IMG/VR virus record: IMGVR_UViG_3300025603_000009
Location: 18,586-82,585 of that record
Direction: 5' to 3' (one strand)
Length of the DNA: 64,000 nucleotides
Origin: a virus
How positions within the stretch are numbered: position 1 is the first letter of the stretch; each line of letters begins with the position of its first letter. Below, piece by piece: positions 30,534 to 39,945 of the stretch. The position numbers were made by a program, and so were the translations under genes. The notes below the pieces were generated by a model. It made no database searches and was not told the DNA's origin. It saw only the letters and a program-made list of their open reading frames with translations.

Positions 30534-32695
30534 TATATATATATTTCACGTTCAAAAAATTCATCATCATTATTATATTCACTTGCTTCAGCTTTATACA
30601 TAATGTTATACATTTGTTCTTTTAAATCAAACATACCAACTAATAAAGCTGAAACCCTATCAAAGTTACCTTTTAAATTCCATGATAGCAATTCTTCTAA
30701 GGTAGGAATGTCCGTAAAATAATGATAGTTATATACGTCATTACCATAAGCATCTTTACTTCTAACAGTGTACAACCATTCTTTTAATGCTTTTGCCGCA
30801 ACAGGTTTACGTTGAGCATTTTTACCAATAGACACACCAAATTTTCTACCTGTTTTTCCAGCTATTTCTTGATTCCATGCAATTTCTGGTTCAAGAGCTA
30901 ACCTATCAGTATGTTTAAATCGTTTTGCATAAGGATATACTTCACCACGATCATTTTCATACTGAATTTTTCCATTTACATAGTTTGCAAGACTAAATAA
31001 ATTTTCATTATAATCATCAACTTTAAATGGACGACCAACATATGCACCAACAATTACATCTCCTTTTGTTTTAGTAAATGTATTAGGTAGTTCATAAACA
31101 AAAGTAGCACCTAATGAATCTTTTAAACTACGATTATCTTCATCTTTGTCTGTAGCATATGGATCATGCCATAATCTATACAAGTCTTTAGGCGGTTTTC
31201 CATCTGCGCCTTTGAACATAGGATGGTATTCTACATAACAACCCTCTAAATCTTCACCAGTACGTGTAGGAAAATTAACAATAGGCTTATGCCTATCTGT
31301 TTCAACAAAGTTATAACCTTTATCTGTAGATATAATTTCACCATAACGGTTAGCATTTTTAAGAGTATCGTTATGCTTTATATTATCAAGATGTTCTTTA
31401 AGACCTGGGCTATAAAAGTAATTTTCTTCACTCTTAGTAAATGCTTCACTTGGACTGTTAGCACGTTGACCACACCAAATTAAATAATCTCCAGGAGTTT
31501 TAGATAGTTCTTTTTGTCGTTCTTTTGTTTTATTAAATACCTCATCAGCTTTATTAATTAAGCTGTTACCGTGTGCATCCATATAAGGAATCATATTCCT
31601 ACGTTGTGGATGAAAAAATCCACAACCTGTATTACTTGCATTTTTATCCCATACGTTAGAAAAAATTAACATATTAAACAACTCGGGAGCATAAAACACT
31701 TTTTCAAAATCAACCCAGTTAGCACCTTTAGTACCACCCGTACCAAATATTGTAATAAGACCAGTAATTAAATCTCCATCTTCCAGTGTAGGTAACGTAA
31801 CATCTAATGCTTCAATAAGATTTGGAAACTTACCAGCCTCCTCAAAGAAAATTTCTTCAGCATCTTTACCAATAGCTGCATCAGGATTATCTTGAAATGA
31901 TACACCAATAATAGAACTTTTAAAACCATGTTCTTCTTGTGTACCTTTATATTTAAACCCTGAACGATAGAAATCTTTACTATCATTTAAACGATGTTTT
32001 TTCCAAGCAGTGTGAGTATTAATCCAATCAAGATATTTACGTACCATTGTCATAGTACCATCACCTTGTGTTAAATACTTCATATCAAAGGCGCCAATAA
32101 CCGTTGTTCTATTAGGGAACATATCATACGTATTAGCAGCAACCCAAGCATTTTTATAACTATAACCCTTACGACGGGCTTTAGCTACAGTCATATGTTT
32201 ACCTAATTCTTTACTCTTTTGTCTAGCATGAAAATAATAATAATCGCCATCCCAAAAATCAGGAAACGATAAATCTTTTTTACCAACTTTACGTGCATGA
32301 ACTATATCTTTCAATGCTTCTTTAAGAACAGCTTCATCTGTACTAACTGTACGAATAATAGGCGCGTAATTTAAATAACCGTAATGTTCTCCAGTAATAT
32401 GAACTTGTTGAAGATAATAACCTTCTTTATTATTGTGCATTAACTTACCAGGAAGAGTAACACCGTACATACGTTTACGTTCTTCCCTATCCCAAAATTC
32501 TTTATAATCTCTTTTATTATACACAGAATCAGCCTTTGTATATACTCCGTACTTTTTATAATAGTTACCTGCGGCACTAAGTTCGGAAGTATTTACAAAG
32601 GCTATTTCATCAAAAGTACAATGTCCTCTATCGTTAATTTTAACAGGACTTTTGTAAATTGTATTATCTATGTGACTTATTGCTATAGTTGACAA
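30533..32695 (-). CDS. terL: Terminase large subunit
   Basis: KARRKGYSY Walker A, FFEEAGKFPN Walker B, FGTGG, nuclease HDPY and GNFDRVSAL; TTG start. Confidence 0.92.
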   Translation of the reverse strand: MSTIAISHIDNTIYKSPVKINDRGHCTFDEIAFVNTSELSAAGNYYKKYGVYTKADSVYNKRDYKEFWDREERKRMYGVTLPGKLMHNNKEGYYLQQVHITGEHYGYLNYAPIIRTVSTDEAVLKEALKDIVHARKVGKKDLSFPDFWDGDYYYFHARQKSKELGKHMTVAKARRKGYSYKNAWVAANTYDMFPNRTTVIGAFDMKYLTQGDGTMTMVRKYLDWINTHTAWKKHRLNDSKDFYRSGFKYKGTQEEHGFKSSIIGVSFQDNPDAAIGKDAEEIFFEEAGKFPNLIEALDVTLPTLEDGDLITGLITIFGTGGTKGANWVDFEKVFYAPELFNMLIFSNVWDKNASNTGCGFFHPQRRNMIPYMDAHGNSLINKADEVFNKTKERQKELSKTPGDYLIWCGQRANSPSEAFTKSEENYFYSPGLKEHLDNIKHNDTLKNANRYGEIISTDKGYNFVETDRHKPIVNFPTRTGEDLEGCYVEYHPMFKGADGKPPKDLYRLWHDPYATDKDEDNRSLKDSLGATFVYELPNTFTKTKGDVIVGAYVGRPFKVDDYNENLFSLANYVNGKIQYENDRGEVYPYAKRFKHTDRLALEPEIAWNQEIAGKTGRKFGVSIGKNAQRKPVAAKALKEWLYTVRSKDAYGNDVYNYHYFTDIPTLEELLSWNLKGNFDRVSALLVGMFDLKEQMYNIMYKAEASEYNNDDEFFEREIYI

Positions 32696-33269
32696 ATCCT
32701 TCTACAATTGATAATGCTAATTCATTTCTATACGAATCTCGTAATAGATAATTTAAATCTCTTACGTTAGTCATAAAACCACTTTCTAAAAGAATCCAAA
32801 TACCTTTTGTTCTTTTAAGCATAGCAAAATTTTGCTGACGTACACCCCTATTTTTTACAATGGTTTTATTTTCAATATTACGGTGCATAATTTTATCATG
32901 AATTGAAATACCCAATTCTTTACCAGACTTACTATAATAAAAAGTAGTAATACCATGTGCAGTAGGTTCTGTAAACGCGTCTGCATGAATACTAATACCT
33001 AATACAGTTTTTCCAGTTTCAGAAAATATACGATGTTCTTCATTAACTCGATCATTAAGATTTTCATCTTTCCAACCATTTGCTAACATAGTATAACTTA
33101 CACCAGACACACCTAACATAAAACCTACTTTGTCTTGAACAGCACTATTAAATTCATTTTCTCTTAATGAATCATCAGTGCTACGTTTTCCAGCAGTATC
33201 CCAACCATGTCCAGCATCAACAATAATATGATAATTATGTAATGCTTCTCTTATAGCTAATTTATCCAT
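32664..33269 (-). CDS. N-acetylmuramoyl-L-alanine amidase (Amidase_3 endolysin)
   Basis: IVDAGHG, E, SIHADA and LLESGFMTN Zn-binding motifs. Confidence 0.9.
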   Translation of the reverse strand: MDKLAIREALHNYHIIVDAGHGWDTAGKRSTDDSLRENEFNSAVQDKVGFMLGVSGVSYTMLANGWKDENLNDRVNEEHRIFSETGKTVLGISIHADAFTEPTAHGITTFYYSKSGKELGISIHDKIMHRNIENKTIVKNRGVRQQNFAMLKRTKGIWILLESGFMTNVRDLNYLLRDSYRNELALSIVEGFVNYSNKSHR

Positions 33270-33281
33270 ATTCTAAGGTAT

Positions 33282-33311
33282 AAAAAAAGGCTAGAATAAA
33301 CTAGCCTTTTT
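33282..33311. terminator. Bidirectional intrinsic terminator
   Basis: aaaaaggctag-aataaa-ctagccttttt. Confidence 0.7.
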
Positions 33312-33340
33312 AAAATTATTATGTAAATATTATTTAAATA

Positions 33341-34237
33341 CTATTCGCGAATAATATTCATTAAAGATGTAGTGCTAAACACAGCTTTGTTATAAACAAA
33401 AGACAACTCTAATTTACCAACATTGGTTCCAACATTTAATGGAATATTATATGAAACAGCCCCAGGATACCCAAAAGTAACATAGTTTACATTTTTCTGA
33501 ACTAAGCTACCATTCCATTTCCACTCAATTCTTGACATATGTTCACGTGGGATGATTTGCCCATTTATTGTGCTCATATTCTTAACATTGCTGGTTTTAT
33601 AATCTTTAGCAATTAACGTTTGAGAAGGCTTAAACTTTACATCAACTTTTCCGGCAACAGGTTCTAAATCAACCGCTATAGGTAAAATAGTATACACAAT
33701 AACTAAATTGTATGCTGGTAATACAATAAACATTTCTCTTTTATTGGTATCAAGATAAACATCAGCAGCAGGTAAATGGTTTAAACCAAAAGTAACGTAA
33801 TTTTTAGTTGAACCTTCATTAACAAATACGTTTGCAATTCTGCTTAAATAATTTACAGGTAAATCAAATGAGCTTACAATAGTACCAACTTGTAAAACTT
33901 CATTTACTATACCCCCGTTATATCTAGTCATTTTACTAATGAAGTATTCATTAGGGTCTAAATAATCAAGTAAAGTTAAATTAGTTTTAGGTTCTATATT
34001 AATATTTATATTATTACGTGAAGGTATAGCACTTCTAGCTGCACCAGCAGGTATAGGGAGTTCATTTACAGAGATCATATTATCTGTATCTTTGCTACCC
34101 CCTAAACTTAAAAATACAGTATTAAATACGTCTTCAAGAGGGTCATTATAATCAACATTATTTTTTGTAAGTAATTGTTTAATTTCCTCTGCAAAAAATA
34201 AAATAGTTGCAACAACAAGTAAAATAAGAATTTTCAT
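33341..34237 (-). CDS. Exported/membrane-anchored hypothetical protein
   Basis: N-terminal hydrophobic signal MKILILLVVATILFFA. Confidence 0.55.
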   Translation of the reverse strand: MKILILLVVATILFFAEEIKQLLTKNNVDYNDPLEDVFNTVFLSLGGSKDTDNMISVNELPIPAGAARSAIPSRNNININIEPKTNLTLLDYLDPNEYFISKMTRYNGGIVNEVLQVGTIVSSFDLPVNYLSRIANVFVNEGSTKNYVTFGLNHLPAADVYLDTNKREMFIVLPAYNLVIVYTILPIAVDLEPVAGKVDVKFKPSQTLIAKDYKTSNVKNMSTINGQIIPREHMSRIEWKWNGSLVQKNVNYVTFGYPGAVSYNIPLNVGTNVGKLELSFVYNKAVFSTTSLMNIIRE

Positions 34238-34249
34238 AGTAGTTTTTAA

Positions 34250-35068
34250 TTAAATATTAGATTTAGAATAAAAATAAATTTTGTAAAATTGACCTTCTTT
34301 ATAACCTTCAAAGAAAAATGTATTAATAGGACTAGGAACATTTGAATTATCTATTTCATCAATAGGTGTAACCTTAATAAAACTTGCTTCCCAATCATCC
34401 ATGTCAAGAAACCATCCAGAACTAAATTTACCTAATACACAAGCATTTTCTAAATTAGGTAATTGGTATTCAGGTGGTGCAGTATCTCCAAAAGAATTTA
34501 TTGCAATTAATAAATCAGCCGTGTTAACAATTGTGTCATCATTATAACTATATACAGGACCTTGATTTATTTCGCCATATGAAGCCATAAAATCCATGAA
34601 CGCTGCTACATCAGGTACATATACATCTTCAAATACAACATTATTATCTACATCTGTAACTTTTACGCGACCTATATAATAATTATCTAAACTATTACCT
34701 ACAAGGTCTTCTGCAACAATTGAACAATTTTCATTAAATTTAATATCAAGACCATTAATTTGTAAAGCCCCATTTATATTTCTAATGGTTTCAGAAGGTG
34801 CTTGACGTATTTTTTTTTCTTTATTAGTAGTTACTTTTGAAGAGTTTATCGACATATTGTCAAAATCACCTGACATAGCTTTATTATTATCTGACATAGC
34901 TTTATTATTATCAAGGAGGGCGTGTAAAGAATTAGCCGCCATAGTTATATTGATGTTATTAAATGTACTTTCTATATACGGTTTACCGTCTATATCTACT
35001 TTTTTATAAATCATAGCATTAGAATTAAAAAGAAAAAAAGTAATAACAGTAATCAATAAAATTTTCAT
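34250..35068 (-). CDS. Secreted protein with dockerin/EF-hand-like segment
   Basis: Signal peptide ending SNA; segment YNDDTIVNTADLLIAINSFG. Confidence 0.5.
   Translation of the reverse strand: MKILLITVITFFLFNSNAMIYKKVDIDGKPYIESTFNNINITMAANSLHALLDNNKAMSDNNKAMSGDFDNMSINSSKVTTNKEKKIRQAPSETIRNINGALQINGLDIKFNENCSIVAEDLVGNSLDNYYIGRVKVTDVDNNVVFEDVYVPDVAAFMDFMASYGEINQGPVYSYNDDTIVNTADLLIAINSFGDTAPPEYQLPNLENACVLGKFSSGWFLDMDDWEASFIKVTPIDEIDNSNVPSPINTFFFEGYKEGQFYKIYFYSKSNI
34871..34912. repeat. Perfect 21-bp tandem duplication (DNNKAMS x2)
   Basis: tgacatagctttattattatc repeated twice. Confidence 0.9.
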
Positions 35069-35139
35069 AACTTTAGTATTTAGAGTGAAAGTTTCAGCAC
35101 TATTAAAAAGTTAGTCCGTCTTATTAATTACTGTATTTT

Positions 35140-35604
35140 TTACAGGTAAATAGTTGATTTTGTGTCTTTAATTGCTCTTAATGCAAAACCAAGCATAAAT
35201 CTAGCTTCAACTAAATTAGAATAAATATTATTAAAACAAACTTTTTGTAAAGGTGTAACTTTAACAGCCGTATATTGATCAGTAAATTCTGCAATTAATT
35301 CAGCTATTCCTTGTTTAGTATCATCAATAAACTTAACACCATCTCCTACTTCAACACCTAAAGGATAAGTTTTAGCATCTGCATCTTCAATATCTTTTAC
35401 AGTTTGACGTTTACCGTCATTTGCATACGGGGATGTACCACCGTAATAACTACACATATTACCAGTCCATGCTTTTGCTACAAACATACAACGTATAGCA
35501 GAAGTAAGTTCTTGCGTACATGATGGTAATGATTCTCTTGCAGAAACAAGTATTCTACCTTGCGCATCTAAACTTTTACGATAGTTTTCTAAAAACTCTT
35601 TCAT
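35140..35604 (-). CDS. Hypothetical protein with internal pseudo-repeat
   Basis: ORF; halves resemble each other (AKAWTG / ARFMLG). Confidence 0.6.
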   Translation of the reverse strand: MKEFLENYRKSLDAQGRILVSARESLPSCTQELTSAIRCMFVAKAWTGNMCSYYGGTSPYANDGKRQTVKDIEDADAKTYPLGVEVGDGVKFIDDTKQGIAELIAEFTDQYTAVKVTPLQKVCFNNIYSNLVEARFMLGFALRAIKDTKSTIYL

Positions 35605-35610
35605 AGTAAT

Positions 35611-36642
35611 TTATTTTATTGTGTTTAAATATTTAACTCCTTCAGTATTACAATTTTTTTCACAAAAGTCAACTAACATATTTTTAACCTCTTCTTTTAA
35701 ATATGGTATTTGATAAAACAAAGGAGAAAATTCTACATCTTCATTTCTTCTAATATGACATAGTTGTAAATCTAACTGTACCATACCCCAACATTCACAT
35801 AGAAAAGCATACAAACTTAATTGCATACTATAAACTGAACCTTTACATTCATCTAAATGACCAATAGGATATAACAATCTATTCTCATTTTTAATCCAAT
35901 GTTCAGTACGTACCTTACGACGAACACCATTAACATCTTTCCACGCTTTTTTATAGTACCCAGATTCAAAACGAAGTAAATCTTTATTAGTTTTCCAATC
36001 AAGTATTATAAAGTGTTTTCCTTTAGCCAAGAATACATCAATCATACCCGCAAGTCCTAAAATAGGGTTGTATACACGTTTTTCAGCGTATAGGGTGAAG
36101 CCTTGCATAATAGCGTTATATATATACTCGTATACAGTAGGGTACTTTAATTGCATAGGAGAATTTTCAAGTTCTTCTATATTAGTGATTTTAAGAGCAT
36201 ACCCGTCAGTATTTATACCGGGTTTTGACACATTCAAATCTTTTATATCTGCAATATTATAAGACCCACTATTACTAAACATATTTATACTATCTTCAAG
36301 ATAGTCATGAGTTTCATTTCCACGGGCGCAAGCATCGGCAGTAATTTTAGCCCACTCTGCTTTTAATTCTTCAACAGTATATTTAAAAGATAATACGCTA
36401 GATGTTATAACTTCTTCTAGTGTATAATGCTTATTATTAATTATAATTTCACGGGTTTCAGGAGAAGGCTTACATGGTAAACCACTATCTCTAACCATAC
36501 TCCATGCAGCCCAATATTCACTGTCAAAAGCTTTTTTATAAAAACCTATTACAGTTGTTACTGAAGTATATACAGTATTTTTTTCGTCTGAATATTTATG
36601 TTCTTTTGCATTAAAAGAAATTGTCCGTTTTTCTAATTGCAT
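35611..36642 (-). CDS. PD-(D/E)XK nuclease (Cas4/RecB-like)
   Basis: GNETHDYLE, AEKRVY, LAGMIDVF, ILDWKTNK and QLSLYA motifs. Confidence 0.85.
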   Translation of the reverse strand: MQLEKRTISFNAKEHKYSDEKNTVYTSVTTVIGFYKKAFDSEYWAAWSMVRDSGLPCKPSPETREIIINNKHYTLEEVITSSVLSFKYTVEELKAEWAKITADACARGNETHDYLEDSINMFSNSGSYNIADIKDLNVSKPGINTDGYALKITNIEELENSPMQLKYPTVYEYIYNAIMQGFTLYAEKRVYNPILGLAGMIDVFLAKGKHFIILDWKTNKDLLRFESGYYKKAWKDVNGVRRKVRTEHWIKNENRLLYPIGHLDECKGSVYSMQLSLYAFLCECWGMVQLDLQLCHIRRNEDVEFSPLFYQIPYLKEEVKNMLVDFCEKNCNTEGVKYLNTIK

Positions 36643-37379
36643 TAATCCATTTTTATTACTATTTTTTGATCTAGTTTTTCTAGTCCAATATCTACTATTC
36701 CTTCATTTTCTTTTAATCTTTTTCTATATCCTGGAAGTTCTCTATCACTTATAGCACCACCTCCAGCTTTTTCACGTTTTTCAGATGCTTCAAGTCTTAC
36801 TTTCTTTCTAACATTTTCTAAGCTATCAACTAACTTAGGGATGTCAGCACTAATAGATTGTATTTTTCCAATATTGCCCATCAATGTTCCCATTTTTGTA
36901 GCAATTAAATCTTTGTCTACTGCATTTTCAGTATTAGGATCAATTTGTCTAAGTTCATCTAAAGTTTTTTGCATAACTTCAGTAAGGTACTCAATAGTAT
37001 CATTACTTAAAGCTAATCCTTTTAGTGAACTTTTAAGTAGACGTAAAGAAGACACATTTTGTAATTCTGTATACTTTTCAATCGCCGTTTGAAGGGTGTC
37101 TGTAATCGAGAACTTATCCTTACTTTGAAAGCCAGCTTCTTTAGCACATTTTTGAATAAGTACGTTGTATGTAAAACCAGCTTCAAAATAAGGAGACTGG
37201 TAATCACACATAAAGTATATAAAACGTATAGCTTTTCTATTATACAATTTCTTTCTACCGTATGCATCGTCTTTACTCTTTTTTACAACGCGCCACAAAG
37301 CATCAAATTCTTTATGTAAAAGAACTTCATCTCTATTGAATGTAACTTCATCATCTTTAAGTACAAAAAGCTTAACCAT
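36642..37379 (-). CDS. Conserved crAss-like helical protein (possible terminase small subunit)
   Basis: FIYFMCDYQSPY motif, coiled coil; upstream of the nuclease and TerL. Confidence 0.45.
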   Translation of the reverse strand: MVKLFVLKDDEVTFNRDEVLLHKEFDALWRVVKKSKDDAYGRKKLYNRKAIRFIYFMCDYQSPYFEAGFTYNVLIQKCAKEAGFQSKDKFSITDTLQTAIEKYTELQNVSSLRLLKSSLKGLALSNDTIEYLTEVMQKTLDELRQIDPNTENAVDKDLIATKMGTLMGNIGKIQSISADIPKLVDSLENVRKKVRLEASEKREKAGGGAISDRELPGYRKRLKENEGIVDIGLEKLDQKIVIKMD

Positions 37380-37698
37380 AGTATTCTCTAAATATATTTA
37401 AATGATGCTTTCTTAAATATGTAATGTGAGTATTATGTTTAATATTATAATCAATTTCATCAGGAGTTAATTTATTCTCCATTAATTCCTTATACTTATA
37501 AATTAAATAACCATCACTATTAAATTGGAATCTTCCCAACTTAGCTAAATCAACAGACTCTTTACATTTTAAACATTTAGCAACTTCATTATAATATTTA
37601 ATTAAAGTAGCTTTAATTACAACAGTAGATACGTCAACATCATGTTCACGTTTCACATCTCTATTTATTGCATTAAGTATATCTACTTCATTATTCAT
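37372..37698 (-). CDS. HU/IHF-like DNA-binding protein
   Basis: LKCKESVDLAKLGRF resembles the HU 'V.L.GFG.F' signature. Confidence 0.55.
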   Translation of the reverse strand: MNNEVDILNAINRDVKREHDVDVSTVVIKATLIKYYNEVAKCLKCKESVDLAKLGRFQFNSDGYLIYKYKELMENKLTPDEIDYNIKHNTHITYLRKHHLNIFREYYG

Positions 37699-37702
37699 AC
37701 TA

Positions 37703-37734
37703 TAAATATACGATTTATATTTGCTAATTACAAA
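37703..37734 (-). promoter_or_regulatory. Bacteroidota-type promoter for the late module
   Basis: Minus strand TTTG-N20-TATATTTA just upstream of the ATG at 37698. Confidence 0.5.
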
Positions 37735-37772
37735 TATTATATGTATCTTAAAGTAGATAAAATCTCAATGTT

Positions 37773-38072
37773 ATGGAGAATTTTGATCATATTGTAGAAC
37801 AAATTAGTTATAATACTAATTGGATAAAAACACTTATAGTTCCTAAAGATGAACTAATAAACTTTCATGCTGTATTTTATAATTTTAATATAAATATAGT
37901 AGCATCTAGTAGACTTACTAATATGAATCAATTTGCACCTATTATAATGTCTGCTAAAACTATAATTAAAGAAGATGTTGATTTTGCCGCTACTCGCGCT
38001 TTATTAACTACTGCATATCATAGTCAAATGTCTGAAGGTAATCTTTTATATAAACAAGTTTTATTTAATTAA
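37773..38072 (+). CDS. Hypothetical protein
   Basis: 99-aa ORF with ATG start. Confidence 0.5.
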   Translation: MENFDHIVEQISYNTNWIKTLIVPKDELINFHAVFYNFNINIVASSRLTNMNQFAPIIMSAKTIIKEDVDFAATRALLTTAYHSQMSEGNLLYKQVLFN

Positions 38073-38182
38073 AAATACTAGTTTCATAGCTGGTGATTTG
38101 TGTTTTAAGTTGTCTAAGTTAGAGGGGGAAGTAGTGACTCCCCCTTATACTTAACTCACTACTATGAATTATGAGTATCTCA

Positions 38183-38210
38183 TATATGAGGGTATATGAG
38201 GGTATATGAG
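38183..38210. repeat. Tandem 10-bp repeat (tatatgaggg x2.8)
   Basis: Read directly in the non-coding divergence region. Confidence 0.85.
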
Positions 38211-38227
38211 TGGTTTTGGTTAACAAG

Positions 38228-38263
38228 AAAAGATGGTGGAAACGTTCACCATCTTTTTCTTTT
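38228..38263 (+). terminator. Intrinsic terminator-like hairpin
   Basis: aaaagatggtg-gaaacgtt-caccatctttt followed by a T-rich tract. Confidence 0.55.
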
Positions 38264-38753
38264 ACATACTTATTCAAAGGCGCAACTAAATAATAATGTA
38301 ATATAAATTAGGTATTTTAATAAATATAACTTAACTTGTATATCTAGTTTAAAGAGTATGTCCGTACTCTATAAGTGCTGTCTAACACGAATACTATTAA
38401 ACGTAGTAGTATTTTGTTTACTATTTATTATGTGGTTTTGTCATGATTTTTCCACATACATGAAAAAGGTTATAAAGTTTAATACTTTGTAGCCTTTTTT
38501 TGTGTCTTATATATTTATATAAATACTAATATGGATGGGACTTAAAAAAATTATATAAATTATATTATAAATGTTGTTAGTTCGCTTTATGTTTGTAGTC
38601 GCATTGTTTGTATACCCCCGTATGTACATATGATTACTAAGTGTACTACCCACCTTGATTCAACCCCCCTTACTTATTTTTGACATGAAAGTACCCGTGG
38701 GTATTCGAGCGTCATCACTATTTATTCACATTATCTTAATACACACAAATCTT

Positions 38754-39359
38754 ATGAATACTTTTACCATTACTAACGTGCGTCTGTTACCTCAGATTGG
38801 AACTAACGCGCCTGCTATGATTATTGATGTTGCTAACCATACTACTGGTATTTACCGTAGTGAGAAGGTGGCACTGATTGACCTTCGTGATGCAGGCATC
38901 ACTGCTACTAGATTAGCTGACGTTGAACTCGTTGAACTACGTGAACGCTTCATTGGCGGTAGAGTTAGTGGAGACATTATCTTCCACAATGCTGGTAGCA
39001 CATACATTGCTGATGCAAACTCTACTGCTGTCGTTAGCGGTGCTGTCGAAGTTGGTGCTACACTCAAACGTAAGGCTGACCAATTTCGTGTTGAACGCTT
39101 TCTTACCATCTCCCGTAGTGATAACGCGATGCTGCGTTCTGCTATTGCAAAGGAAGCTGGTCAGGCAATGGCACAGCTATGCGGAGGGTTTGTTCCTTCT
39201 GCTAACGTTGGTGCTAGTGCGCAACCAGCATTAGAGGTTGGCGGTAATCATCCTGATGAAGATGATACTGTTGATGGTGACGCTGAAGAAGCTACTGAAG
39301 AAGCTACTGAAGAAGCTACTGCTCCTGTTGGACGTAGAAGCCGTCGCAAGACAGCATAA
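38754..39359 (+). CDS. First early gene, hypothetical (acidic then basic C-tail; possible nucleic-acid-binding protein)
   Basis: ATG at 38754 after an AT-rich leader; GC-richer codon usage; EEAT x3 repeat at 39285-39320. Confidence 0.7.
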   Translation: MNTFTITNVRLLPQIGTNAPAMIIDVANHTTGIYRSEKVALIDLRDAGITATRLADVELVELRERFIGGRVSGDIIFHNAGSTYIADANSTAVVSGAVEVGATLKRKADQFRVERFLTISRSDNAMLRSAIAKEAGQAMAQLCGGFVPSANVGASAQPALEVGGNHPDEDDTVDGDAEEATEEATEEATAPVGRRSRRKTA

Positions 39360-39361
39360 TA

Positions 39362-39433
39362 TGCGAAACGACGATAGTAGCGATACTATCGTCGTCTATC
39401 ACACGTGATGGTGTGGTACTGATGAGCAGTCAC
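39362..39433 (+). ncRNA. Type II hammerhead ribozyme with pseudoknot
   Basis: UGC-GAAA, 12-bp stem III with GCGA loop, GUC site (C39396), 8-bp stem I, CUGAUGA, GCA; loop I GUGA can pair with UCAC at 39430-39433. Confidence 0.9.
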
Positions 39434-39573
39434 TAATGTACGCATACGTAGTTATTACGTGTGTGTACGTAAGCATAGTCTAATCATACTTACAGCGCGA
39501 ACACTGTAATGTCTCAGACTTGTCTCTTTATTAATGTCTTAGAATTAACAACACAAATAATACCACAGAAATT

Positions 39574-39945
39574 ATGATTAAGTTTTCTAAAGTGATTAGA
39601 ACTATACTACTATCAATAGTATTAATAATATTATTCATACAATTGTATGGTGATGTATTCAGTACTACTATGCCAGTATTACTTATGGCTCAATTGATGG
39701 CTTGTATTGGTATTGCATTCATATTCTTTACAGATCATAACGAATATGATGATTGGACTCAAGTAAAACCTAAAGACTGTGATGAATCTCGTAGATATTG
39801 CAATGATATAAAATGTATTAGTGGCAATACTACATTTCTTGGTAGTAGATATGATTCCAGTGATGCAGTTGTATACAAGTATAGGTGTTATGATTGCAAT
39901 ACTACATATGAAATTGCAGAAGTACGTTTAAGAAAGAGGTTGTAG
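39574..39945 (+). CDS. Membrane protein with C-terminal zinc ribbon
   Basis: Two TM helices; CNDIKC...CYDC. Confidence 0.65.
   Translation: MIKFSKVIRTILLSIVLIILFIQLYGDVFSTTMPVLLMAQLMACIGIAFIFFTDHNEYDDWTQVKPKDCDESRRYCNDIKCISGNTTFLGSRYDSSDAVVYKYRCYDCNTTYEIAEVRLRKRL

Noticed and set aside
8040-37319. Numerous short plus-strand or nested ORFs in the late module
   Set aside because: They overlap long, motif-supported minus-strand genes and show no features of their own
38183-38210. CRISPR-like mini-array
   Set aside because: 10-bp tandem repeats without spacers; the nearby Cas4-like nuclease is a standard crAss-like gene
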